IMG/VR virus record: IMGVR_UViG_3300042378_000602
Length of the DNA: 64,000 nucleotides
From: a virus
Direction: 5' to 3' (one strand)
The notes beneath the pieces are model-generated. The model made no database searches. It was not told the origin of the DNA and worked only from the letters and a program-made list of their open reading frames with translations. Below are positions 9,571 through 20,912 of this stretch, in pieces (within the stretch, counting starts at the first letter, position 1; every line of letters starts with the position of its first letter). The translations under genes were made by a program, and so were the position numbers.

Positions 9571-9681
9571 TGAAAAAGGAAAGGATAAGAAAAGTTTAGA
9601 AATTGATAAGAAAAAATTCATCCAAGAAATAAAAAAGTATAAGAAAACAGATTTGATTCCAATTCCAAAAAAATTGACATT

Positions 9682-9912
9682 ATGGGAGAAAATAAAGATA
9701 ATGATTTTGGGACAATAAACAAGTTGGCTCTCGTAGCCGAATCTGTACAGACTCTTTTCGAGGGTAAAGCAACTGTGGTCTTTGAATTGACTAAAAAAGA
9801 ATATCAACCGGTAATAAACCAGTTCAGAGAGATTGACAGACATCACAAACAGTTCTCCATAGATATTTCAGGGACTGAGTTTCATTTTTTACTCATCGAG
9901 GATGAGTCGTAG
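9682..9912 (+). CDS. hypothetical protein
   Basis: small ORF. Confidence 0.3.
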   Translation: MGENKDNDFGTINKLALVAESVQTLFEGKATVVFELTKKEYQPVINQFREIDRHHKQFSIDISGTEFHFLLIEDES

Positions 9913-10531
9913 ATTGTCTATACAATATTTTTTTATCGAAGCCCGCATCTGATAGTAATTTTAAAAGGTATTTTCTTTGGGCTACCGACGAATCCTTTAT
10001 AAATAAACAATTTGTTTTCTTGTTGTCATAGTAAAATTTACTGACACAATCCAAAAACCTCTCAGCATCAGATTTATTTTTTACTGAAAATATTTTGAAT
10101 TCCAAATTCTCTTGTAAAACAATTTTATTATTCAACGAGTATAACATTTTCATTTCATTACCAACCATGTAAGTTTTAATGAATTTATCGAATGATATTT
10201 TGATTGATTTTTTTATGTCGTAAATTTCTTCCTCTTTTTTTATTTTTGAAATCTTTATAAATTTCAAATTTTCATCTTCTAATTTGACCTTTTTATTCCT
10301 TCCAAATTGGTCTGTCAAATAAGTTGGTGACATTTGACTTTTAGTTTTTTCTATGATTGCTAATTCAAATTCACATAGTTTACCACTCTCGAATACCTTC
10401 TCAAAAATAATTTTTTCAGATTTTGATATATTTGAATTGAAGAATTCCTGAGCCTTCGCTAAAGTTTTATATTCCTTTATTATTTTTTTCTTTTTTTTAT
10501 CCTTGAAAAGAACAATCATATATTGCGACAT
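9893..10531 (-). CDS. hypothetical protein
   Basis: minus-strand ORF; start trimmed to an internal Met (from 10615) to avoid overlapping the DnaJ start. Confidence 0.4.
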   Translation of the reverse strand: MSQYMIVLFKDKKKKKIIKEYKTLAKAQEFFNSNISKSEKIIFEKVFESGKLCEFELAIIEKTKSQMSPTYLTDQFGRNKKVKLEDENLKFIKISKIKKEEEIYDIKKSIKISFDKFIKTYMVGNEMKMLYSLNNKIVLQENLEFKIFSVKNKSDAERFLDCVSKFYYDNKKTNCLFIKDSSVAQRKYLLKLLSDAGFDKKILYRQSTTHPR

Positions 10532-10533
10532 AC

Positions 10534-11451
10534 ATGAAAAATTACTACAAATTATTAGAAGTTGAAGAGAATGCTTCAGAAGATGATATAAAAAAGAGTT
10601 ATAGAAACCTGTCAAAAAAATATCATCCAGACTTGAACCCTCAAGGGGCGGAGAAATTCAAGGAAATCAATGAAGCATATGAAGTCCTGAGTAACAAGGA
10701 AAAAAGAAAGAAATATGATTTTCAGAAATCTAATCCCTACAACGGAAGTGAATTTTCGGACTTTTTCGCATCTATGTTTTCGAACCAAAATTTCCAACCA
10801 CCAAGGAACCATCCAGCACCAGATAAGATTTTGAATCTTCAATTGACCCCTTTAGAATCATATTTAGGACAAGAAAAAAATATTCAATATTTCAGGGAAC
10901 TTCATTGCGATACTTGCGTAGGAACAGGAGGGGACAGGGCAATTTGTGGATTATGTGAAGGTACAGGTTTTATTGTGAAAACATTCGGTACAGGATTTTT
11001 AGTTCAACAGGTCCGGATGGCATGTCCAAATTGCGAGGGACGGGGATATAATCTCATAAATAAATGTTATAAGTGTTCAGGTAAAGGTACCTTAGGTAAT
11101 GCAAATGAAATAAAGATAAACATACCTAAAGGTATTGATAGTGGACAATTCGTGAGAATACGGGGTATGGGGGACTATAGAAATGGTAATTATGGTGACC
11201 TCTTGATTCAGATAGAATTGAAAAGTTCCGAAGGATTCGAAAAAATGGGTAGTGATTTAGTATATAACCTTTATCTCAATTATGAGGACCTATTGAAGGA
11301 TAAATATTCAATACCACACCCAGATGGAGAACTTATAGTTCCCGCTCCGAAAAATTTTGACACTTCGAAGCCTTTGAGGCTTAGGGGTAAGGGATACAGT
11401 TCAGGAGACATGTTCATCAAAATACATGTCAAATTTGATAGACCTACTTGA
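10534..11451 (+). CDS. dnaJ: DnaJ-like co-chaperone (J-domain plus four CxxCxGxG zinc fingers plus C-terminal domain)
   Basis: YYKLLEV...YRNLSKKYHPDLNP (HPD motif) at the N-terminus; CDTCVGTGG, CGLCEGTGF, CPNCEGRGY, CYKCSGKGT. Confidence 0.85.
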   Translation: MKNYYKLLEVEENASEDDIKKSYRNLSKKYHPDLNPQGAEKFKEINEAYEVLSNKEKRKKYDFQKSNPYNGSEFSDFFASMFSNQNFQPPRNHPAPDKILNLQLTPLESYLGQEKNIQYFRELHCDTCVGTGGDRAICGLCEGTGFIVKTFGTGFLVQQVRMACPNCEGRGYNLINKCYKCSGKGTLGNANEIKINIPKGIDSGQFVRIRGMGDYRNGNYGDLLIQIELKSSEGFEKMGSDLVYNLYLNYEDLLKDKYSIPHPDGELIVPAPKNFDTSKPLRLRGKGYSSGDMFIKIHVKFDRPT

Positions 11452-11603
11452 AAAAATTTATCAATAGTTTAATAAGAACGTAGTTACCGTAAATTGCTGA
11501 AGCTAATATGTAAAAACCGAAAAATAACATCGGAGTTACAGTCTTGAATAAAGATTTTTTTTTACATTTACTACAACCTTGAGATTCTTCCATATTTATA
11601 AGT

Positions 11604-11780
11604 ATGATTTTAGAGCAAATTATTAGGAGGGTCTTGCATCAATTTTTAGATGAAAAGGACCAAAATAAATTTAAGAAACCACGTAAATATAGTCAATCGT
11701 ATTGTAAATCTACACCTTGCTCCAAAATGGGTTTCACTCAGAAAGCTTCTTGTAGACCCTACAAAAATTGTTATAAGTAA
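11604..11780 (+). CDS. small Cys-rich hypothetical protein (58 aa, below ORF-track cutoff)
   Basis: uninterrupted ATG-to-TAA reading frame in the 11452-11817 gap; CATATTTATA motif at 11591-11600 just upstream. Confidence 0.3.
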   Translation: MILEQIIRRVLHQFLDEKDQNKFKKPRKYSQSYCKSTPCSKMGFTQKASCRPYKNCYK

Positions 11781-11805
11781 AATTTGCCTTTTTCTTTTTT
11801 TTTCA

Positions 11806-11813
11806 TATATTTG
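11806..11813 (+). promoter_or_regulatory. Bacteroidetes-type promoter (-7 TATATTTG, -33 TTG at 11784-11786)
   Basis: TAnnTTTG with TTG 19 nt upstream; ATG 11818 follows 4 nt later (short/leaderless transcript). Confidence 0.45.
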
Positions 11814-11817
11814 ACTT

Positions 11818-12657
11818 ATGCTAAGTTATATAGGTGGAAAATCAAAAATTGGTAAATGGATTATTGAGTACTATCTCGAAGACATGGAGACATATGTGGA
11901 AACATTCGGGGGAATGTTTTGGTGTTTTTTCAATATGGATTTAGAAAAATTTCCAAATCTCAAAAGAGTGGTTTACAATGACTTCAATCCTTTGAATTAT
12001 AATTTGTTCAAATGTGTACAAAATCCCGCTGAATTACAGAGGGCTTTGGATAACATCCCTGTACAAGAATACGGAACATCACTAACTGATATTAGCTTCA
12101 AAGATAGATTCAGAGAATTTCAAACTGAAATATTTTCTTCAGGTTTTACGATAAATTATCCTGATTATGAAGTTGCAGCAAAATATGTTTATGTTGTAAC
12201 ACAAGTTTTCAGTGGTTCAAAACCCGAAACATCGAGTTTTATAGATTTAAAGGGAAAGTACAGGTCTAAATATTTAGCTTTCAGAGATAAGTTGTCAAAC
12301 CCAAAGTGGGTAGAACATTTCTTGAAGATTACAAATGTAGAAAACTTAGATTTTCAAGAAGTAATAGAAAAGTATGATTCCCCCTCGACCTACATCTATT
12401 TAGACCCACCCTATTGGAAAACTGAAAACTATTATTCGAATCATGACTTCGACCGACAGGACCATGAAAGACTCTCTGTAATTTTGAATCAAGTTCAAAG
12501 TAAATTTAGTTTATCATACTACGATTTCGATTTATTACATCAGTGGTATCCTGAATCTACCTTCCGATGGGAAAGAAAAAAATTCGCAAAGGCTGCCGCT
12601 GCAAAAAAGGGTACAAAACAAAATTTGGGTGAAGAGCTTTTGATTATGAATTATTAG
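11818..12657 (+). CDS. dam: DNA adenine methyltransferase, Dam/D12 class
   Basis: YIGGKSK N-terminus, ETFGGMFWCFFN (motif I), YLDPPYW (DPPY motif IV). Confidence 0.85.
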   Translation: MLSYIGGKSKIGKWIIEYYLEDMETYVETFGGMFWCFFNMDLEKFPNLKRVVYNDFNPLNYNLFKCVQNPAELQRALDNIPVQEYGTSLTDISFKDRFREFQTEIFSSGFTINYPDYEVAAKYVYVVTQVFSGSKPETSSFIDLKGKYRSKYLAFRDKLSNPKWVEHFLKITNVENLDFQEVIEKYDSPSTYIYLDPPYWKTENYYSNHDFDRQDHERLSVILNQVQSKFSLSYYDFDLLHQWYPESTFRWERKKFAKAAAAKKGTKQNLGEELLIMNY

Positions 12658-12699
12658 TTATTTTTACACTTTGATTGTATTTATATTAAAGTTTACTAA

Positions 12700-14052
12700 A
12701 TGAGATTCACCAATTTATTGAAGTCCATCATTTTGGAGGCACAAGAAAAAATTGATTTTTTGATTGATACTTATGCTAAATCAAAAAAGAAGAAAGATGG
12801 TTCAATCAAAAAAGCAAAACTTACACCTAAAGAGTTGTCTATCTTAGTTGCGGCTGACCCCGAAACAAATCTTCATAATGTTGAAATTCCAACCTCAGAC
12901 GTGAAGGAATTGGCTAAAGTTAAAGCAGGACCATACTCTCCGTGGATTATCAAAAGATATTTGGAATTGAATCAGAATACTGAAATTCCTTATGGTGAAT
13001 CAGGATATGAAAGAGAATTGAAGACGCTCAAGGATAGATTCATGGAGGATTTGTACAAAATTACCGAGGATTTAAAAAAGTTCGATAGATTTAAATCAAG
13101 AATTCCTCAAGAACTAAGAGATATCAATAAGTTGACTCCTGAAAAATTATATGATATCGTAAAAGATTTCGATATAACAATCGCCACTACAACCAAAGCA
13201 GAAAGAAAATCTGCACCTGTACATCCTGGTGGGAAATTGGTTTTTGATTCACCTAATTTGAGAGTGGTTGAAATAACAGACAAAGGAAATTTGGGTAAAG
13301 AGGCGGCTTGTTTTTATGGTGGAAATCAACAAGAAACAAGATGGTGTACATCAGCACCCGGTCTATCCCATTTTGATTATTATATCGGGAAAGGACCTCT
13401 ATATGTAGTTTTTGACCCTTCAGACCCGAATGTTTCACCAACAACAGGATTACCTGTTGAAAGATTCCAATTATCTTTCGAAACTGACCAATTCATGGAC
13501 AGACATGACCATTCAATTGATATAATTGAAAAGTTGAATGGTCCTTGGAAGGAGCTCAAACAAGTGTTCAAACCTAAATTTGCAAGGGGTCTCACAACTG
13601 GCGGTACGAAACTTACTATTGATAATTTCAAACATGGTAATGTTGGTAAATTTGTGGCACTTTATGGTTTGGAGGAACTATTTGAAAGTTTACCTGATAC
13701 CCTTGATGAAATTGCTATCTCACAAAAATCAGATAAGGGACAAAACATTGACATCAAGATTCCTGCTTCCATAAAAAGATTTAAAAATATGGAGGTAATA
13801 TTGTTAGATAATTGTATTAGTTCTTTACCTGATGAAATTTGTGAACTGAAAGAATTGAAGTTTCTAAGCTTACTCAATAACCCCAACTTAAAAGAACTAC
13901 CTGACTGTTTGAACAATCTCAAAAATTTGGCCTTCATCGCTCTTACAGGTAGTCCCAATGTTCGTATTCCTGAGTGGTTAAAGAAGAGAGGTAAAACCAT
14001 GAGAAAAGACGATAGTAATGGTAATCTTTGGGATTTGGAATATGATAAATAA
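12700..14052 (+). CDS. hypothetical protein with C-terminal leucine-rich repeats
   Basis: LxxLxxLxLxxN-type repeats LLDNCISSLPDEICELKELKFLSLLNNPNLKELPDCLNNLKNLAFIAL. Confidence 0.5.
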   Translation: MRFTNLLKSIILEAQEKIDFLIDTYAKSKKKKDGSIKKAKLTPKELSILVAADPETNLHNVEIPTSDVKELAKVKAGPYSPWIIKRYLELNQNTEIPYGESGYERELKTLKDRFMEDLYKITEDLKKFDRFKSRIPQELRDINKLTPEKLYDIVKDFDITIATTTKAERKSAPVHPGGKLVFDSPNLRVVEITDKGNLGKEAACFYGGNQQETRWCTSAPGLSHFDYYIGKGPLYVVFDPSDPNVSPTTGLPVERFQLSFETDQFMDRHDHSIDIIEKLNGPWKELKQVFKPKFARGLTTGGTKLTIDNFKHGNVGKFVALYGLEELFESLPDTLDEIAISQKSDKGQNIDIKIPASIKRFKNMEVILLDNCISSLPDEICELKELKFLSLLNNPNLKELPDCLNNLKNLAFIALTGSPNVRIPEWLKKRGKTMRKDDSNGNLWDLEYDK

Positions 14053-14069
14053 TTACTAAATTTGTTTTT

Positions 14070-14354
14070 ATGAGTGTTGATGTAGAAATCTACATGAATA
14101 ACATAATCAAATTTTTCAGAAATAATCCTAAGGATTTACAAAATCTTGTGCCTCTTCACAAGGAAGATGAGTTTTATAAAAAAATTCGAGAGGTTGCAAC
14201 TAAAAATTCGTCAGAAGGGAAGGAGATTAGTTTAACTCAAAAACAATTATTGGACATTTGCGTTGTAATAAACGGAAAAGAACCCAAACCCGATGAAATT
14301 TTGGATGAAAGAGTTTTCATCCCTTCTCCATTTGGTTTTATTTGTTTGAATTAA
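14070..14354 (+). CDS. hypothetical protein
   Basis: ORF. Confidence 0.4.
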   Translation: MSVDVEIYMNNIIKFFRNNPKDLQNLVPLHKEDEFYKKIREVATKNSSEGKEISLTQKQLLDICVVINGKEPKPDEILDERVFIPSPFGFICLN

Positions 14355-16009
14355 AATTTTTCTTATTTTTGTGTCCTATGAATGACACAGTTATCTACAA
14401 AAAAGTTTTTCAAAGACATGTTTCGAGAGAAGCCCAAAACTATTCCCTCATAGATAGTAACAAAAAAGAATATTACGACGGAGTCCACCCTTTTTTTGAT
14501 TTTATATCAACATACAGAGACGAAGACACATTTAAGACTAATCTTAAAAATCTTTTATTTACAATTATTCAAGACACTGTAACAATTTTGATTGAACAGA
14601 AAGAAGAAAAAATTTCTTTAAAAATTTTCCAAAAATCTTTTTCAAGAAAGGTTGGACTTCAATATTTTAAATTATATAAAAATATAAGGTATGTTACCGT
14701 CAACATGAAGTACGGTAATATATATTTTGGTGAAATGAACAATTATCAGAATAAGAAAAAAGTCCATAAGAAAGTTCGTTCAAATTTCATCATAAATGAT
14801 TCTTTCAAAACTTTCAGAACATCACTCAAGAACATAATCAACGAATTCAGTGCGGACCAAAACACAGATGTTATAAACGAAGTATCTAGAATTTTTTTGG
14901 ATAAAATAGACGGAGGCGTTAAAGGATTATCATTTGGAGATAGACTTTTCAAGTATTATTTAGATAAGAAACAAATAAAATACCCAAATAATTTTCCCTT
15001 ATATTCAAACTTTCTTATTGGTAATTTCAGAAAAAAATTAAAAAAATTAGATAATAGATTGGTTGATACCTTCATGTTGATGAATGACATAAACGGAAAA
15101 AAATTAAAGAAAGTTCTCCATACTGCTAATCATCTAAATGTATCAAACTATAAAGTCGGACTTAAACTATTCGGTTCCGATTGGATAAATCAAGATGAAA
15201 AATTATTGAAGGATATATTCAATAATCAAGTTAGTTTGGATTTGAGTGATAAACAAATATCACAATTTAATTTGCTGATTTGTCCTAAAGAAAAAAAGAG
15301 GGTTTTCCTTTTGTTTAAAACATTCAATTCGAATAATGAAATTGATGAATGGACACTCAAAGACCACTTCCTTTTCTATATTCAATTGAAAAGTTTTGGG
15401 GAAACTGATATTGAGTGGAAATCTACAGATAACTCTGATTTTTTCAGAGAAGAGCATTTAGATTGGGTCAATAAGTTAGAACATTATAAGAATGGTACTT
15501 ACAATAGAATTTATCCAAAAATTTATTATGAGGTAATTCAAAATTTTCTAATAGGTGATATTCAGTTCTATCCTAAACTTCTCACTAATTCTTCGGAGTA
15601 TAATAGTGAGAGTTCGATTCAAAGTAACTGTGTCAAAGGTTATATTGGTAGAGTGAGTTCTATAATCATTTCACTAAGAAAGAATGATATAGATTCTAAT
15701 GAAAGACTCACTATCGAATATAGAATTCATTATTTAAAAAATTCAGATAAAAGTCATATAGACCGTGTTCAATGTTTGGGGAAATACAATAGCTTACCTG
15801 ATAGTTCTTGGGATGAGCCTTTGAGAGTCTTGGATTCTCAGGTGAAAAAATTATTGAACGATTCTAATTTCCCTTTTTACAAACTAACTAAAGAATGTAG
15901 TAATGGGGTAAAATTCGAGTCAGATACAATGTTCAATCAGGATGGTTATCTTGAATGGACTTACAAAGCTATTGATAATTCAGGTATGTCGGATTATTTT
16001 CTGTTTTGA
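14342..16009 (+). CDS. hypothetical protein (555 aa)
   Basis: long ORF, no recognised motifs. Confidence 0.5.
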   Translation: MFELKFFLFLCPMNDTVIYKKVFQRHVSREAQNYSLIDSNKKEYYDGVHPFFDFISTYRDEDTFKTNLKNLLFTIIQDTVTILIEQKEEKISLKIFQKSFSRKVGLQYFKLYKNIRYVTVNMKYGNIYFGEMNNYQNKKKVHKKVRSNFIINDSFKTFRTSLKNIINEFSADQNTDVINEVSRIFLDKIDGGVKGLSFGDRLFKYYLDKKQIKYPNNFPLYSNFLIGNFRKKLKKLDNRLVDTFMLMNDINGKKLKKVLHTANHLNVSNYKVGLKLFGSDWINQDEKLLKDIFNNQVSLDLSDKQISQFNLLICPKEKKRVFLLFKTFNSNNEIDEWTLKDHFLFYIQLKSFGETDIEWKSTDNSDFFREEHLDWVNKLEHYKNGTYNRIYPKIYYEVIQNFLIGDIQFYPKLLTNSSEYNSESSIQSNCVKGYIGRVSSIIISLRKNDIDSNERLTIEYRIHYLKNSDKSHIDRVQCLGKYNSLPDSSWDEPLRVLDSQVKKLLNDSNFPFYKLTKECSNGVKFESDTMFNQDGYLEWTYKAIDNSGMSDYFLF

Positions 16010-16344
16010 TGGATAGACACCAATATATTGTGAATTTAGAGAGAGATGGTAAATTTTTTTCTAATCTAAAATTTACCATACCTGATTTAACCATTCCTAA
16101 AAATTTGAAGGATAAAAGATATTTTCCGGTTTATTCGGAAAGAATTCTTGGTCCCAATAATAAAACAACCCTCAAAAACTACATATTAAAATCGGCACAA
16201 GGATTTTATTTGTGTTTCGATAAGTTGGAAAATGATTCATCTGAGGTGACTATTTATTTTGAAGAGAGTCAAGATATCGAATTACAATTTTTCGTAAATA
16301 ATTTTTTAAAAACTTTCAAAAATGCAACAACTAACAACAAATGA
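16006..16344 (+). CDS. hypothetical protein
   Basis: ORF, start overlaps upstream stop. Confidence 0.4.
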   Translation: MMDRHQYIVNLERDGKFFSNLKFTIPDLTIPKNLKDKRYFPVYSERILGPNNKTTLKNYILKSAQGFYLCFDKLENDSSEVTIYFEESQDIELQFFVNNFLKTFKNATTNNK

Positions 16345-16648
16345 ACTAAAAGAAAAAATCAATAACAGAGAAAACTTCATATTAGATTTATATGCTACGT
16401 GGTGCGGACCCTGTAAAATGATGTTGTTTAATTTAGATAAATTAGAGGAGCATTTATCTAAAGAATCTGGAAATACTCCAAAATACGGAATTTATAAATT
16501 TGACATTGACTCAGATAGAGAATTCATAATGAGTGAGATGGGTATCAGAAGCGTACCAACAATCAAAATATTCAAAGAAGGAAAAGAAGTTTTTTCAAAA
16601 GCGGGAGTTATGTCTACTCTTGAAGTTCTAAATTTATTACAAAATTAA
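16322..16648 (+). CDS. trxA: thioredoxin
   Basis: WCGPC active site in a 108-aa thioredoxin-fold protein. Confidence 0.8.
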   Translation: MQQLTTNELKEKINNRENFILDLYATWCGPCKMMLFNLDKLEEHLSKESGNTPKYGIYKFDIDSDREFIMSEMGIRSVPTIKIFKEGKEVFSKAGVMSTLEVLNLLQN

Positions 16649-16651
16649 AAT

Positions 16652-16951
16652 ATGTCAAAATTATCTGTTATAGTTTATACAATGAAGGGATGTCCTCATT
16701 GCAAAGACTTCAAAGAGTTATTAGTTAAAGAAGGAATCGAATTTCACGATAGAGATATTGATGAATACGAGGAAGAGTATGATATATTTTCCAAAGTAAC
16801 AGACAACGATATGATACCTGCTTTACTTGTCATAGAGGGAGACCTTAAAAAACATGAATCTTTTTTATATGTTCCCGAAAAAAATTACAACGAGCTTACG
16901 GAAGCCGTAGATATTATAAGAGGACATCAAAAAAAATTAGGGATTATCTAA
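16652..16951 (+). CDS. glutaredoxin-like protein
   Basis: N-terminal CPHC motif (MKGCPHCKDFKELL) in a 99-aa protein. Confidence 0.65.
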   Translation: MSKLSVIVYTMKGCPHCKDFKELLVKEGIEFHDRDIDEYEEEYDIFSKVTDNDMIPALLVIEGDLKKHESFLYVPEKNYNELTEAVDIIRGHQKKLGII

Positions 16952-17637
16952 ATTGAAATAATTCCTTTTATTTTCTTTTTTAAAAAATCTAAGTCTTTCT
17001 CATAAAAATTTAGTTCTTCGTTCCAATTAGATTCGATGACCTCCTTTTTGAATTTCTGAGCATTGGTATCTACACAATCTAAAAAAAGAGAGTTCAGAGT
17101 TTCTGAGACGGTGCCATCTTCCTCTTGAAATAAGATTTCTATTTGACCTTTATCTTTTTTTATCGTTAGAAGTAATTTCTCAAAAACTAAATTAGGTGGT
17201 ATATTGTATACTAGTCTTTTTGCAAAGAAATAAAGAAGTCGTCCCATTTCCAAAGAATAACCGAATGGAAACTTAGAACTAATGACAAGTTCGTCCGCCA
17301 TTTCTAAAATTTCTTTTTTGATACTACAATTCTCTGAGTTATAAAAAAAGCCTGAAAATTTTTTCACCTCTGATAGTTTACACCCATAGTCAATCAAATC
17401 TATGGTATTTAGAAGTTTCTTCTCATTTTTCAAGTCTGGATTTTTGGTATAAAATTCGTCTTTGACTTTGTTCAAATCTAATATTTCTTTAGAGGTGGTC
17501 TTCCCCTTTACAACGTAAAAATTTTCACAATCAACAACCTGAATTATAGAATTTTCTTTGAATTGTATTTTAGATAAAATAAACTCTGAGAGAGAATTTA
17601 CAAAAAATTCACGAGATGTTCTAGATAATATTTTCAT
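16948..17637 (-). CDS. hypothetical protein
   Basis: minus-strand ORF, divergent from fibre genes. Confidence 0.5.
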   Translation of the reverse strand: MKILSRTSREFFVNSLSEFILSKIQFKENSIIQVVDCENFYVVKGKTTSKEILDLNKVKDEFYTKNPDLKNEKKLLNTIDLIDYGCKLSEVKKFSGFFYNSENCSIKKEILEMADELVISSKFPFGYSLEMGRLLYFFAKRLVYNIPPNLVFEKLLLTIKKDKGQIEILFQEEDGTVSETLNSLFLDCVDTNAQKFKKEVIESNWNEELNFYEKDLDFLKKKIKGIISI

Positions 17638-17750
17638 CTTATATTTATTACTTCTTCAATCATAATTAATTTTTGAAAAATAATGAAGACTAACTAATAT
17701 TTCCAAAACATTTAGTGTATTTGGATATTTATCATTAGTATTTAAAAAGG

Positions 17751-20700
17751 ATGGGAAAAAATATTTTAATTGTTCCGAGTAATTTCACTGAGAGGACTGC
17801 TAACCGTACTCCATTTATAAGTTATGAGGGTACCACGGGTCAGGTTATTCTGACGGTTACACCTTCAGGTAAAATTAAATTCAGCGGTAATACTGTTGGT
17901 GATACAAATTTGATGACAGTAGACCCTGCAAATTCTACAGTTTCAGTAAACACTATTTTTGTAGGAAATTACCTTGCAATAGGAGGGGTTCAGGTAATAA
18001 ATGCCACAAACAATTGGATTGGACCCACAACAGGTATAGCTGGTTCTCAGGGTGCAAAAGGATTCAACGGAAATACAGGTCCTACGGGTGCAATAGGTAA
18101 CACAGGAGCACAAGGTGCTATTGGTGCTGCAGGCGCCACAGGACCTCAAGGTGCTCAAGGTACATTTGGGCCTAAGGGTGCTCAAGGAACTGCCGGAGCA
18201 CAAGGAAATACGGGTGCTCAAGGTAACAATGGACCCAAGGGTGCCACAGGAGCACAAGGGTCAGCAGGTGCGCCAGGTAATACAGGTAACCCTGGACCTA
18301 CAGGACAAAGTGGACACCCTGGTCCACAAGGACCAACGGGAGCCGTTGGTAATACAGGAGCACAGGGTGCGATTGGGGTTACAGGACCCACAGGTAATAC
18401 AGGTGCTCAAGGACCTGTAGGACCAACAGGTGGACAAGGTGCTCAAGGACCACAAGGAGCTCAAGGTCCAAAAGGATTTTCAGGTGCACAAGGTGCAACA
18501 GGAAACACAGGTGGAACAGGACCCACAGGAAATACAGGACATCCTGGCGCTCAGGGTGCTACAGGAAATCCTGGACCTACGGGTGTCACAGGGTCTCAAG
18601 GAGCCGTTGGACCCACCGGTGCTATAGGAGCTCAAGGACCCAAAGGAGCACAAGGGAATACTGGAAACACAGGGGCACAAGGAGCCACAGGAAATCCTGG
18701 TCCACAAGGTTTCACAGGTAATGTTGGTGCGGTAGGGCCCACAGGTGCGATTGGTCCAAAGGGACCACAAGGACCTACAGGAAATACAGGTAATGTGGGA
18801 CCACAAGGTGCCACAGGTACCACAGGCCCAACAGGTGATACAGGAGCTACAGGACCTGCAGGACCACAAGGTGCTGTGGGACCAAAAGGAGACACAGGTA
18901 ATACGGGGGCTCAGGGTGCTGTGGGGCCACAAGGAGCAACTGGTCCGACAGGACTTTCAGGTGCTCAAGGTGCCCAAGGTGGGGTAGGACCGACAGGGGC
19001 TACAGGACCACAAGGAGCTCAAGGACCTGCGGGTAATACGGGTCATTCTGGTGCACAAGGTGCTACAGGACCAACAGGGCCTGGAGGTAACACAGGTGCT
19101 CAAGGGGCGGTTGGACCGAAAGGGGCTACAGGACCTCAGGGAGCTCAAGGACCCGCAGGTGGTACAGGTAACACAGGGGCTCAGGGTGCCACAGGACCAC
19201 AAGGTTCGCAAGGGGCGGGTGGTGGAACAGGTCATCCAGGTGCCCAAGGTCCCCAAGGAGCGATAGGACCACAAGGTTCACAAGGAGCCACAGGACACAC
19301 TGGTGCTCAAGGCCCACAAGGTGCCACAGGACCACAAGGCTCACAAGGGGCTACAGGACATCCTGGTGCCCAAGGTAGTCAGGGTGCGGCCGGACCAAAA
19401 GGACCTAATGGATTCACAGGTCATCCTGGAGCGCAAGGACCGCAAGGTTCAGCGGGAGCAACGGGTGCTCAAGGTCAGACAGGTCATCCGGGGGCACAAG
19501 GTGCAGGTGGACCTACTGGGTCTCAAGGACAAGGGGGTGGTACAGGACATCCTGGAGCTCAAGGTGCCATAGGACCCAAAGGACCTCAAGGACCTACAGG
19601 TGCTACTGGCCATCCTGGTGCTCAAGGTGCTGGTGGAGGTACTGGTAACGAGGGGGCACCAGGTTTCACAGGACATCCAGGTGCACAAGGTGCTACAGGA
19701 CCAGGAGGTAGTCCGGGTGCTCAGGGTTCACAAGGTTCCCAAGGACCTCAAGGAGCTCAAGGAAATACCGGTCCGACCGGCGTACCGGGAGCTACGGGGC
19801 ATCCTGGTGCTCAAGGAGCGGTCGGTCCAACTGGCCCACAAGGTCCGTCAGGTAATACAGGACATCCTGGTGCACAGGGAGCAACGGGTCCTACAGGACC
19901 TCAAGGAAATACAGGTGCCACGGGTGCTATTGGACCCCAAGGTGCGGGAGGTGCCACAGGCTCACAAGGGGCTGTAGGACCTCAAGGAGCAACTGGAGCC
20001 ACAGGAGCCCAAGGTCCACAAGGTCCAGGTGGTCCTACAGGACCTGGCGGGGCACAAGGTGCTCAAGGAGGAGGAGGTGCCACAGGACCTCAAGGACCAC
20101 AAGGTCCAAAGGGACCTCAGGGTGCTACAGGTCCTACAGGGGGTCCTGGTCCAACTGGACCACAAGGTCCTCAGGGACCAACAGGAGCACCTGGACCTAC
20201 AGGTGCCACAGGACCACAAGGTCCTACAGGTGGTCAAGGTACACAAGGCTCATTAGGTGCAACAGGAGGGCAGGGTGCTCAAGGTTCCCAAGGAGCTGTT
20301 GGACCTGGAGGTGTAACATGTCAACTGAATAGTATTATTGCTCTTACAGGAAGTAGAAACCCATGTGTAGGTGTTTGTAATATCACTGTACCCAACGTTT
20401 ATCCATACACTCAAACTGCTTACACAGCCACACAAAACAAATATTTCGATGCTACGAATTGTTCAAATGGTACTTGTGATTGGAATACTTATAACTGGGA
20501 ACAATGGAATAGTGCATGTTATTCATTAAACGCCACTTGTGGTAATGGTACCTATCAGCAGGCTTGTGCTTATTCTGACGTGAAACTTAAAACAGGTATT
20601 GAAACCTTGAAAGATTCTCTTATAAAAATATTGGAAATAGAAACTGTTGAGTATGATTGGAACGAAAAAAATTGGGGTACCAAAGAAGAGTATGAATATT

Positions 20701-20912
20701 TTGCTCAGATGGGAAGATTACATCAGATAGGTCTAATTGCACAAAACGTAAGAATTCATTTCCCTGAAGCTGTTGGAATCGGTCCTGATGGATATTATTA
20801 CATTGACTACAAGAAATTAAATTCTGTTGTAGTTGAAGGTATAAAAGAACAACAAGTATTTATTGAAGAGATAACTAAACAAGTAGACGAATTAGAAATT
20901 AAATTGAGATAA
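17751..20912 (+). CDS. collagen-like (Gly-X-Y) tail fibre protein with C-terminal intramolecular chaperone (peptidase S74) domain
   Basis: about 850 aa of uninterrupted GXY triplets (many [12 protein letters not shown]); Cys-rich module; C-terminus [12 protein letters not shown]...[13 protein letters not shown]... of the S74 type. Confidence 0.8.
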   Translation: MGKNILIVPSNFTERTANRTPFISYEGTTGQVILTVTPSGKIKFSGNTVGDTNLMTVDPANSTVSVNTIFVGNYLAIGGVQVINATNNWIGPTTGIAGSQGAKGFNGNTGPTGAIGNTGAQGAIGAAGATGPQGAQGTFGPKGAQGTAGAQGNTGAQGNNGPKGATGAQGSAGAPGNTGNPGPTGQSGHPGPQGPTGAVGNTGAQGAIGVTGPTGNTGAQGPVGPTGGQGAQGPQGAQGPKGFSGAQGATGNTGGTGPTGNTGHPGAQGATGNPGPTGVTGSQGAVGPTGAIGAQGPKGAQGNTGNTGAQGATGNPGPQGFTGNVGAVGPTGAIGPKGPQGPTGNTGNVGPQGATGTTGPTGDTGATGPAGPQGAVGPKGDTGNTGAQGAVGPQGATGPTGLSGAQGAQGGVGPTGATGPQGAQGPAGNTGHSGAQGATGPTGPGGNTGAQGAVGPKGATGPQGAQGPAGGTGNTGAQGATGPQGSQGAGGGTGHPGAQGPQGAIGPQGSQGATGHTGAQGPQGATGPQGSQGATGHPGAQGSQGAAGPKGPNGFTGHPGAQGPQGSAGATGAQGQTGHPGAQGAGGPTGSQGQGGGTGHPGAQGAIGPKGPQGPTGATGHPGAQGAGGGTGNEGAPGFTGHPGAQGATGPGGSPGAQGSQGSQGPQGAQGNTGPTGVPGATGHPGAQGAVGPTGPQGPSGNTGHPGAQGATGPTGPQGNTGATGAIGPQGAGGATGSQGAVGPQGATGATGAQGPQGPGGPTGPGGAQGAQGGGGATGPQGPQGPKGPQGATGPTGGPGPTGPQGPQGPTGAPGPTGATGPQGPTGGQGTQGSLGATGGQGAQGSQGAVGPGGVTCQLNSIIALTGSRNPCVGVCNITVPNVYPYTQTAYTATQNKYFDATNCSNGTCDWNTYNWEQWNSACYSLNATCGNGTYQQACAYSDVKLKTGIETLKDSLIKILEIETVEYDWNEKNWGTKEEYEYFAQMGRLHQIGLIAQNVRIHFPEAVGIGPDGYYYIDYKKLNSVVVEGIKEQQVFIEEITKQVDELEIKLR

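Noticed and set aside
9521-9718. 65-aa ORF overlapping the end of 9154-9570
   Set aside because: It sits in an alternative frame with a 50-nt overlap, is lysine-rich and low-complexity, and has no start signal. It is probably spurious, but this is uncertain.
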